Below the pieces are notes generated by a model, which saw only the letters and a program-made list of their open reading frames with translations, made no database searches and was not told the origin of the DNA. A stretch of 64,000 nucleotides of DNA from Mobula hypostoma (lineage: Eukaryota), in assembly GCF_963921235.1 (NCBI RefSeq), contig NC_086108.1, positions 85,314,001-85,378,000 on the forward strand. The letters are read 5' to 3'. The position numbers and the translations under genes are program-made. How positions within the stretch are numbered: the stretch's first letter is position 1; each line of letters begins with the position of its first letter. Shown one piece after another: positions 25,105 to 35,576 of this stretch.

Positions 25105-25710
25105 CCACAAATGCTGGAAATGGAGGAACTCAGCAAGTCAGGCAGCGTTCAGAGACGGGAAGAAATAGTTGATGTTTTGACTGAGACCCTTCATCGGGTC
25201 TGGAAAGGAAATGGGAAGAAGCCAGAATATGAAGGTAGGGGGAGGGGAAGGAATGCAAGCCAACAAGTGAAAGGTGAAACCAGGTGATGGGGAAGTTGAG
25301 TGGACAACGTGAGAACTGGGAGGTGGTAGGTTGAAGAGGTGAGGGGCTGAAGAAGAAGTAATCTAATAGGAGAAAGGGAAGGGAGAGGGGAAGCAAGGGC
25401 AGGTGATTGGCAGATGAGGGGAAGAGAAGGGGTAAGAGGGGAGCCAGAATGGGAAATAGAAGGGAGGAAGGGAATGATGGAGAAATTACTGGAAGTTAGA
25501 GAAATTGATGTTTATGCCATGAGGTTGGAGGAATATGAAATATTGCTCTTCAACCTGAGTGTGGTCTCACTGTAATCACTTCTCTCTTTGTTCAGTTCTG
25601 ATGAAGGATCCCAGACCTGAAACATTCCTCCGTCGACAGATGCTGCCTAATCTACTGAATATTTTCTGGCACTTTCTGTTTTTATTTCAGATTTCCAGCA
25701 TTGTAGTTTT
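25105..25710. mobile_element. Fold-back Penelope derivative
   Basis: Minus pLTR at 25105-25575, then a plus hammerhead (CTGATGA-aggatcccagacct-GAAA near 25598) and the terminus. Confidence 0.7.
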
Positions 25711-26250
25711 TTAAACTTTCCTTCCCCATAGAATCTTGGTGAGAACTGCACCAAGCCGTCTGCCAGTCAGCATGTATTCCTGCACCTTGGAAAGAACCTG
25801 CAATATTCTGTCAGTTACTGGTCCATGAACTGAAAGATGCATGGGTATTGGGCAGACTAACTTGTGTCCGTCCACAATAATCATCCAGTACCAGAGGATG
25901 ATTGCCTCAGGGTACGTCGGTGGCAACAGCTCATTGAGATTTGTGACCTACAGCAGAATGGATGTACCTACACAAATACCACTGCAACTGTTTCAGGAAC
26001 ATCTTGAATTTTGAAGCAGCTATTGACAATGATAGCTACTGGTCCTATTTGAAATAGGAACCCAATTTATTGGGGTTCGGAGGCAGTTGAAGTCTTTTGT
26101 GTTAAAAACTCATACACAATACAGTCCCAGTTAAAGTGCACATTGAATGGCTGAACAACAGGAATTCTGCAGATGCTGGAAATTCAAGCAACACACATCA
26201 AAGTTGCTGGTGAACGCAGCAGGCCAGGCAGCATCTATAGGAAGAGGCGC

Positions 26251-26286
26251 AGTCGACGTTTCAGGCCGAGACCCTTCGTCAGGACT
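26251..26286 (-). ncRNA. Minimal type I hammerhead ribozyme (intact core)
   Basis: agtc-CTGACGA-agg(gtctcgg)cct-GAAA-c-GTC-gact, with palindromic ACGT in place of stem III. Confidence 0.85.
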
Positions 26287-26578
26287 AACTGAAGGAAGAG
26301 TGAGTAAGGGATTTGAAAGCTGGAGGGGGAGGGGGAGATGCAAAATGATAGGAGAAGACAGGAGGGGGAGGGATAGAGCCGAGAGCTGGACAGGTGATAG
26401 GCAAAAGGGGATACGAGAGGATCATGGGACAGGAGGTCCGGGAAGAAAGACGGGGGGGGGTGACCCAGAGGATGGGCAAGAGGTATATTAGAGGGACAGA
26501 GGGAGAAAAAGGAGAGTGAGAGAAAGAATGTGTGCATAAAAATGAGTAACAGATGGGGTACGAGGGAGAGGTGGGGCA

Positions 26579-28207
26579 TTAGCGGAAGTTAGAGAAGTCA
26601 ATGTTCATGCCATCAGGTTGGAGGCTACCCAGACGGAATATAAGGTGTTGTTCCTCCAAACTGAGTGTGGCTTCATCTTTACAGTAGAGGAGGCCGTGGA
26701 TAGACATGTCAGAATGTGAATGGGATGTGGAATTAAAATGTATGGCCACTGGGAGATCCTGCTTTCTCTGGCGGACAGAGCGTAGATGTTCAGCAAAGCG
26801 GTCTCCCAGTCTGCGTCGGGTCTCACCAATATATAAAAGGCCACATCGGGAGCACCGGACGCAGTATATCACCCCAGTCGACTCACAGGTGAAGTGATGC
26901 CTCACCTGGAAGGACTGTTTGGGGCCCTGAATGGTGGTAAGGGAGGAAGTGTAAGGGCATGTGTAGCACTTGTTCCGCTTACACGGATAAGTGCCAGGAG
27001 GGAGATCAGTGGGGAGGGATGGGGGGGACGAATGGACAAGGGAGTTGTGTAGGGAGCGATCCCTGCGGAATGCAGAGAGGGGGGGGGGAGGGAAAGATGT
27101 GCTTAGTGGTGGGATCCCGTTGGAGGTGGCGGAAGTTACGGAGAATAATATGTTGGACCCGGAGGCTGGTGGGGTGGTAGGTGAGGACCAGGGGAACCCT
27201 ATTCCTAGTGGGGTGGTGGGAGGATGGAGTGAGAGCAGATGTACGTGAAATGGGGGAGATGCGTTTAAGAGCAGAGTTGATAGTGGAGGAAGGGAAGCCC
27301 CTTTCTTTAAAAAAGGAAGACATCTCCCTCGTCCTAGAATGAAAAGCCTCATCCTGAGAGCAGATGCGGTGGAGACGGAGGAATTGCGAGAAGGGGATGG
27401 CGTTTTTGCAAGAGACAGGGTGAGAAGAGGAATAGTCCAGATAGCTGTGAGAGTCAGTAGGCTTATAGTAGACATCAGTGGATAAGCTGTCTCCAGAGAC
27501 AGAGACAGAAAGATCTAGAAAGGGGAGGGAGGTGTCGGAAATGGACCAGGTAAACTTGAGGGCAGGGTGAAAGTTGGAGGCAAAGTTAATAAAGTCAACG
27601 AGTTCTGCATGCGTGCAGGAAGCAGCGCCAATGCAGTCGTCGATGTAGCGAAGGAAAAGTGGGGGACAGATACCAGAATAGGCACGGAACATAGATTGTT
27701 CCACAAACCCAACAAAAAGGCAGGCATAGCAAGGACCCATACGGGTGCCCATAGCTACACCTTTAGTTTGGAGGAAATGGGAGGAGCAAAAGGAGAAATT
27801 ATTAAGAGTAAGGACTAATTCTGCTAGATGGAGCAGAGTGGTGGTAGAGAGGAACTGATTAGGTCTGGAATCCAAAAAGAAGCGTAGAGCTTTGAGACCC
27901 TCCTGATGGGGGATGGAAGTATATAAGGACTGGACATCCATGGTGAAAATAAAGCGGTTGGGGCCAGGGAACTTAAAATCATCGAAAAGTTTAAGAGCGT
28001 GAGAAGTGTCACGAACATAGGTCGGAAGGGATTGAACAAGGGGTGATAAAACAGTGTCGAGGTATGCAGAAACGAGTTCGGTGGGGCAGGAGCAAGCTGA
28101 GACAATAGGTCGGCCAGGACAGGCAGGTTTGTGGATCTTGGGTAGGAGGTAGAAACGGGAAGTGCGGGGTGTGGGAACTATAAGGTTGGTAGCAGTGGAT
28201 GGGAGAT
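26579..28207 (-). pseudogene. Penelope RT-GIY-YIG ORF with one frameshift in the G10 run at 27079-27088
   Basis: ORFs 27006-28328 and 26579-27475 join into one frame (..IFPSPPLSAFRRDRSL..) if one G is removed. Confidence 0.9.
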
Positions 28208-28973
28208 GTGTTCTATAAGGGATTGAGGCAGATTTCTCTGGAAGTGCTCTACTAAGAAGTTTTTCCCTGCTCATTGACAATGGATCAATGGTACCACCCA
28301 CTTCTCCCTCCTGACTCCACACCTGCACACTCTCTAGTCAGAGGGCCTTTGTGTTCCTACTAAGCACTCTCCAATGGAATCTCCCCTGCACTCCCCATCT
28401 GGTTCCATCCACCTTATTTTTCCTTGCTTACTTTCACTTATCAGCCACTTAATTCTGTCTCCCAGCTTCCTCAACCAGCTTCATGTGCCCCTTGTCCCTC
28501 AACCACTCCTTGATCCACCTATTAACCACTGACCCCTGTCTCATTCCTCTCCCTCCCTTCTATACAAAGGCTATCTTCCCTTTTTACGCTCAGTCTCAAT
28601 GCAGGGTCCTGACCCAAAATATCGATAGTTTTTCCTCACCCCCAGAGCTGCAGTTTGGTCCTGCTAACTTCCTCCAACAGTTTTGTATGTCACTCAACAC
28701 TTTGTGACTACTATCTCCTGCCTTCTTTCTTTAACCAACATCTTCCATCTGAGATCCCAAGAAGCAGGAGTTGTTGTATTAGTCGCATCACTCCATTGGT
28801 GATAGGTGCCAATGCCACCAGTTTTATTTGAATAAAACCTGAATATTTCAATAATTTCAGACACAGTGGAGCTCCACTCATTGGCCAACTAATGAATCCT
28901 GCAAAATAGAATTAGCTTCCAAAGCTTTTTTGTTAAGTAGGCTTCATTTTCTTCTAGCTTCAATAACTGATTA

Positions 28974-29751
28974 CATTGGATTCCAGTTAATCAGGGCACA
29001 TCGGGACCTGTACACTTTGGCCCAATTAAGCGGCTGCCCCAATTATCTGCTGATTCATGGTAATAGTTAAAAGGTATGTGAAAGACAAACTATCGTTTAG
29101 CAGAGTAATAACTTATATATGTAAATAAATACAGAACAAATTAGAATACTACCAATGCCTCTACAGTACTATAAAACTGTGTATTAATTCCTAATAGTTA
29201 TCGATGGAGGAATCTGCCACGTTCTTATGATCGATATTTCTGAATAAACAAATTCAGTGCAGGCACCTAGCGAGGATAATGGACAGCCTTACTAGAATGC
29301 TTCAGATGGTTGATCCTCCAAATCTTCATTTTCATTGTAACATCCAATGTGATCATTGATACCTTCGAATCCTTTATAATTCCAACTTGTTGAAGTAGTA
29401 TTTTCACTCCTGGCCATTTCCGGCATTTCCTAGCCTGATTGCTTGAAACCACAGTGAGCAAAACAGTTCTGACTTGTCTTACTGCTTATTTCTCACTAAA
29501 TAACAGTAACAAACACAAACACAAGCAACTAGAAAACTGACTGTTCTAAGCACGGTGTAGTGTCTAACAGCTGTGCAAGACATGCGACTGATGCTAGTTA
29601 GAAACTGTTTGGTAATGGTCTCCTGTCCCAATTAAGTGGCATATTGTCCCAAGTAAATGAAGGGGATTCCTGCTGTTTTCTATATTTAGTTTTTGTCCCA
29701 AGTAAATGGGTACTCTGATTAACTAATAGCCCAATTAACTAGAATCCACTG
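28974..29751. mobile_element. Tigger/pogo-like non-autonomous DNA transposon (778 bp)
   Basis: TA TSD at 28972-73 and 29752-53; TIRs cattggattccagttaat / attaactagaatccactg; acidic transposase C-terminus-like remnant on the minus strand. Confidence 0.85.
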
Positions 29752-30441
29752 TATTTGATAATGACCATCTATTAATGTAAAGCTGTAATGGCAAAGCCAA
29801 TTAATATTATTTTTTATTAATTTATATTCATTAAGATTTACATTTTTATCACAATATTTTATAATATTTTACATATTTGGAAAAATAATTCCAAATAAAG
29901 AATATAACAAGACTGACAACATCAATTACCTTTCCTCTTGACAGCTGTATAAACGATATCAGAATCTCACATAACTGTTTGAGATGTAGAATGCAAAAGT
30001 GCAATGTTTATGTGAGAGCTTGTGTAAAGTGATTTTGCATGAAGATTGTTTTGTTTCTGTCAAATATGACCAATCCAAAGCCTCATATACAAGGAGAAAA
30101 GTGGCGTATAATTCATATTTTAATAGCTTTCTTGTTCTGTCATGTATATTGAATCTATTGTCCAAGCTGTAATTGTCAATATTTTTTCTTTGGAGGCTGT
30201 TTTCTGCTTTTTTTTCATTCACCCAGTTTGTGACTCAAAGCATCTCTGCTCATCTTCAGTCTGTTTGATTGACAGATATGCTGCCAGTATAATTTCAACA
30301 CTTCATGGTAAGTGACCATTTTCATGGTTGTAAAGACATTTGATTCTGTATCTAGCTTTAGTCCACTACAAATACACAACAGCTTCATAAACATGTCACA
30401 AATTAGAAGCAGTAATTTCCTTGAGCCATATTGTTGGACCA

Positions 30442-30915
30442 TAGAGCATAAAACACAGGAACTGCATTAGGCCATTTGGCTCATCCAATCTGCTCAGCCA
30501 TCTAATCATGGCTGCTTTATTTTCCCTCTCAACCACATTCACCTGCCTTCTTCCTATAATCTTTTGACATCCTTACTTATCCCTCCTTCCTTTTCTTTCT
30601 TCTTCCATTTCTTATTCTGGTGCCCCTCTTACCCCTTCTTATCATCTTCCCCTTTAAATACACGACTTGGCCTCCACAGCCGTCTGTGGCAATGAATTCC
30701 ACAGATTCACCCCCTCTGGCTAGAGAAAAATATTTTCTCATCTCTGTTCTAAAGGGACATACTTCTATTCTGAGGCTGTCCCCTCTGGTCCTAGACTTCC
30801 CCACTGTTAGTAACATCCTCTGCATCTATCTAGGCCTTTCAATATTTGATTAGTTTCAGTAAGCTCTGCTCTCATTCTTCTAAACTCCAGTGGATACAGG
30901 CTCAGAGCCATCAAG
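30442..30915 (-). mobile_element. CR1 3' fragment
   Basis: VGKSRTRGDSLRIEVCPFRTEMRKYF motif (ORF 30577-30825). Confidence 0.8.
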
Positions 30916-31039
30916 CACTCTGGCAGAGATCCAGTGGGTGGTGTGATTGTAATGTAATCTATAGAAATGACTGTGGCTATGTACAGTACCTAGAACTGAA
31001 GAAGAAGATCCTGCTCGAAGGACCTAAAGACCAACGTTT

Positions 31040-31315
31040 TTGCTGATATTGCAGTGTAGTTCTGTTGGAGTGCTGTGCAGTCAGGTAATCTGTCTTTCAG
31101 ATGAGATTTAAATTCAGGCCCTATTTGTTTTCTCCAATGAATGTGAAAGATCCCACATAACTCTTTTGGAAGTTTTTCAGCAGAACTAATCTCTCCACAG
31201 CAACCTTAAATTAACCAGGTTGCCTGGTTTTGTGGAATTGCTTGGCAAATATTGGCTGCTGTGTTTCTTACATTGCAACCCCTCTTCAATGGAGGGTGAA
31301 GTGCTTTGAGGTATT
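31040..31315 (+). mobile_element. Deu-domain SINE remnant (SacSINE1/AmnSINE1-like)
   Basis: ctgtctttcagatgag..aaattcaggccct..gtgaaagatccca..aaatattggctgctgtgtttcttacattgcaac matches the Deu central domain as recalled. Confidence 0.6.
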
Positions 31316-31461
31316 CTATCTTCAGCACTCTAACCAGGAATCCCTCAAGATCAAGCAAAATAGTGCCCAATATTAATTTCCATTGACATCAAAGAAGCAT
31401 AAAACCAGGCAGGGTTTAAAATCCCATTAGTGTCCTGGAGAACTGGGGTAGAGTTACATGA

Positions 31462-31908
31462 TCATCGACTTCTCTAACTTCTGCTAATGCCCCACCTCCC
31501 CCTCTTACCCCATCCATTATTTATTTTTATACGCACATTCTTTTTCTCACTCTCCTTTTTCTCCCTGTCCCTCTGACTATACCCCTTGCCCATCCTCTGG
31601 GTTCCCCCCCTTGTCTTTCTCCCTGGGCCTCCTGTCCCATGATCCTCTCATATCCCCTTTGCCAATCACCTGTCCAGCTCTTGGCTCCATCCCTCCCCCT
31701 CCTGTCTTCTCCTATCATTTTGGATCTCCGCCTCCCCCTCCCACTTTCAAATCTCTTACTAACTCTTCCTTCAGTTAGTCTTGACGAAGGGTCTCGGCCT
31801 GAACCGTCGACTGTACCTCTTCCTAGAGATGCTGCCTGGCCTGCTGCGTTCACTAGCAACTTTGATGTGTGTTGCTTGAATTTCCAGCATCTGCAGAATT
31901 CCTGTTGT
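31462..31908 (+). mobile_element. Solo Penelope pLTR of the same young subfamily as 26155-26605
   Basis: Near-identical reverse complement of 26155-26600; exact 13-bp TSD tagagttacatga (31449-31461, 31909-31921); hammerhead mutated (TTGACGA, GAAC). Confidence 0.95.
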
Positions 31909-33624
31909 TAGAGTTACATGAAATCCTTTATGTACATGCAAATATGCTTTGACAAACCTCCACCAAAGATCACCCTTGCAGAGCAGGAGAGACCCTGATG
32001 AAGTACCTTGCCTGGGCATTTTTTCTTTCTTTTAAAAAAAAATGTAATTAGAGGTTCAGGTTTAAAGCAAGGACTGTAACTCATCACATAACGTAGTCAG
32101 TTTGAAGAGAAAATATATCAGCTAAAACATTTTGCTTTGGCAGGTAAAGCAGAGGCAATTGTATTGAAGCTTCTATCAGGAAGTTGCGAGATCCAGCATT
32201 GGGATCAACACACAAATGAAGAGCAATTTGCAGCCGGGTAAGTCCAGACAAAGGAACTTGGCCCGAAAGGTCACTGCTTATTCCTCTCCATAGATGCCGC
32301 CTGACCTGCAAAGTGTATTGCTCTAGATTTCCAGCATCTGCAGTCTCTCTTGTGTTAGCAATTTTCAGCCATCATCGTCTTTTCATGTAGGAATTAAAGA
32401 TTGTTTACAGTTCTGCTTGACAGTCTAATGTCAAACTAAAGGAGCCCCAGAATATGCTGGGTTCTGATCACCGCTAGTGATTGCACCGACAGCATCCTCT
32501 GGTAATGATCCCACTGGAGCTTTTGGGGACAGAGCAGGGTTCTGAAGATTACCAGCTGGATAATCGAGATAATTTCCTTTCATATTTTTCAAATGTTGTG
32601 ATGATTATCCCACATGCTGCCCTGAGGAGGAAATTGACCTTCACCAGTTCTTTGGAACAGGTGTGCATAAACCAAAATCCAATTAAATCAAGATTCATAA
32701 CTCCTAGTTTGTTTGGTTCTGCCCAATCCAATTCTTGGATTATTATAACGGACTGATGCTCTGATCTTTAAAAAAGTGTAGAAGCTCCTAAAAATGCCAG
32801 CGAACCTGTATAACATTCTCTGGTATTTGATCATGGATTTTGCAGGCTTTGTTGCTGGAATTATGATGGGAGACCGGTGGAGTTCCTATTGAATTTAAGG
32901 GTAGTGACTATATGATTTAAAGCTAATATTCTGACGGGTGGTTTACCAATTTTTCTGCAAGAGCAGAGATTTAGTTGTCATGAAGATTATGAGGAAACAA
33001 GGTGGAAAATTCTGTCAGAAGCCTGTCACCTTTTCTTACAGCAAAGGAGGTCAGTAGGCCCCTGAAGTTCGTATCAGCTCTTAGATCTTCAGGTTGTTCG
33101 AACCGGACAGATGGAAATTCTCTGGAAACCAGTATATATTTAATAGGAAGAATGGTTTCCTTCCAGTAGGAAAATATGAGCAATATAAAGATCAAACACT
33201 TTGCCCCCACTTATTTTCCTATTAGCTATTCCCTTTCACTCAAGTTTGCAAGTTAAGTCCTCAGGGAATATTTCATCTTTGTTAGACAGCGCTAAGGAGG
33301 TTCAAGACTAACCTTAGGCATTCCAGATGCAGTGCTGATTCTAAGCCAATAGAAGGACAAAAATAAATGTCTGCTCATATTATTTTCCAACTTACTGCAG
33401 TGATTTCACCTCAATCCCCTCTCCACTTCTCTGATAATTACCTATCTAAGAGATAATTTACAGAGGTTAATCAACCCTCCAACACATGATTAGGATGTGG
33501 GAGAAAACGTGATAACTAGGGGAAACCTGGATGTTCACAGGGGGGCAGGTGCAAACTACATACAGTCAGCCCTTGAGATCGGGAGAGACCTGGTCAATGG
33601 AGCTGTGAGACAGTATCTCTAACT

Positions 33625-34010
33625 GATTGAAATCTATTGAATATTGAAAGACTAGATAGAGTGGGCATGGAAAGGGTGTTTCCAATAGTGGGGGAGCCTA
33701 GGACCAGAAGGCACATACTCAGAATAGAAGGGTGTCCCTTTAGAATAGAGATAAGTAGGAATTTCTTTAGCCAAAGGATGGCGAATCTGTGCAGTTCTGT
33801 GCTACAGATGGCTGTAGTAGCCAAATCATTGTGTATCTTTAAAGTGGAGGTTGAAAGGTTCTTGATTGGTAAGGGTGTCAAAGGTTATGTGGAGAAAGCA
33901 GGAGAATAGGGTCGAGAGGTATAATAAATCAACTAAGATTGGATGGTGAAGCAGATTCAATGGGCCGAATGGCCTAATTTGGCTCCAATGTATTCTGGTC
34001 TTGTGGCCTA
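33625..34010 (+). mobile_element. CR1 3' fragment
   Basis: LDRVGMERVFPIVGEPRTRRHILRIEGCPFRIEISRNFFSQR (ORF 33637-33909). Confidence 0.85.
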
Positions 34011-35286
34011 ACTACTGCTGGTTCTGCCACCCCTGCAGCTTGTCAGAGAATTGGAAGTTACCCTCTGAAAAGTGTTAGAATAATGATTGTGCAGTTTTCA
34101 AATACCATCTCTGGTTCATTTTCATATATATGGAATTATGTATTATATATAACATATAATTTCACCAGGTAGTTTTAGCCTGTGAATATTAGTGTGGCAA
34201 TATGCCCAATAAATGATAGGAGCATGAGGCACTCTTATATTCTCCCTCACATGGTTTGCATAGAGCAAATATTTACTTTAAAGATTCTGCAAGGAGAATT
34301 ATCTGTGCAGAATAAAGTTCATGGTAGATCTACTTATTGAAAATGTCGCCAAATGTCTGCCAGAGAATCTGGTGAGTGAAAACCGCACATTGTGACATTT
34401 GGCTGCTGATGTAATTCCATGAATTATGCTGATACAATGAACATTGCAAATTAAGCCTGCAGAGGATACCTGATCTCTGTCGTACACTGGTAGGGAGGTC
34501 AAAGGCTAACTTTTGCCATCCCAGCTGCAGTGCTGTATATGAGCCAATCAAAGGACAAAACTAATTTCTACTCATAGTATCTTCAGACTTACAGCAATTT
34601 CATCCTCTCAGGCAATTTCTTTTTAATTGCCATGTACTACACTAACACATGAAGCTTCAATTCAACGTTGCAAGCAAAGCCTCTTCAACAGACTTTTGGA
34701 AATCTGGGTATTAACATCTTCCATCGGAATTATTAGCACTGACATCGGATGTAAAATTTGTTGTTTTGGGCTATACATTAATAAAAATCTATAAATTAAC
34801 TAAATGAATAGTAAATATGTTATCCATAGCCAGAGCTGGTAATGGGGACAGGCTCCCACTACCTGTTACTGTTCCCAATGTTGTACGCCTCAAATAGCCT
34901 CTGACAACCAAGTCCAGCTCCTGGCCTTCACGTGTGGCTTAGCTACTAAGCCCAGTGAAACCGTTTCTACTGACAGGCGAAGGGGCAAAGGTGGGTTACT
35001 GACACCGTAAAAGCAGTCACTTCGGACAGATGGGGCTCATCAACCGTGTTTGGCAGCTCATCTAGGAGAAGAAAAACTCTTGATCTCAAACCTCCACTGC
35101 CTTGTGGCTATACCCACTCATGGAGAAGTCTTCGGGAGTAAATCCTGAGGAAAACATCTGGAGCTGGAGTCCCTAAGGCTGTCCTACATTGAGTTCAATG
35201 CTGACTGGCAACTCCTGCGATGCTGCTGGTACCAAACTGTACTGGTCTCTGCTGTTCCTTTGGGTTCATCAGGTACATGGAGAGGG

Positions 35287-35507
35287 TGAAGCACCTTCAA
35301 TTACTCCAAAAGACTGAGATTTGATAAAATACTGAAAGGCTTTTATTCGCTGTACAATACGATCTCCACAGTGAGTGTCTGACCCCGGACTGAGGGAATG
35401 GGGCAAGGTGAACACCTTTATACAGGATTCTGTGGGAGGAGCCACAGGGGCAGTCAGCAGAGGTGTGTGTCCAGACAGGTAACCGAGTTACAACATGGTT
35501 TACCACA
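35287..35507 (-). repeat. 3' LTR (221 bp)
   Basis: Direct repeat of 39520-39748; TATAAA and AATAAA on the minus strand. Confidence 0.97.
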
Positions 35508-35525
35508 TTCACCCCTCCTTTTTTT
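35508..35525 (-). other. Polypurine tract
   Basis: Minus-strand aaaaaaaggaggggtgaa directly abuts the 3' LTR. Confidence 0.9.
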
Positions 35526-35576
35526 AAAAAGAGTCCCGTGGGGTGAAGTGACTGACAATATTTACAAGAAGTATAT

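Larger units (their letters stand above)
26155..28207 (-). mobile_element. Young 5'-truncated Penelope-like retroelement (RT, GIY-YIG endonuclease, 3' pLTR)
   Basis: RT motifs YLLPKIHK, GRPIVS, MDVQSLYTSIP, GVAMGTRMGP, RYIDD, PFLD. GIY-YIG GVIYCVRCSRCGLLYIGET..RFAEH. Intact hammerhead in the pLTR. Confidence 0.95.

Noticed and set aside
28208..28328. N-terminal 40 aa of the 440-aa ORF as part of the Penelope protein
   Set aside because: Similarity to Penelope RT starts near 28207; the upstream part is chance read-through from flanking DNA.
33030..33170. Plus-strand exon after ttttcttacag
   Set aside because: The acceptor looks good, but there is no good donor and no recognisable peptide.
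34905..34990. Twister ribozyme in the RTE-like leader
   Set aside because: AAGCCC and a purine-rich 3' strand are present, but the UAA cleavage loop and the CCC/GAGGG pseudoknot do not fit.
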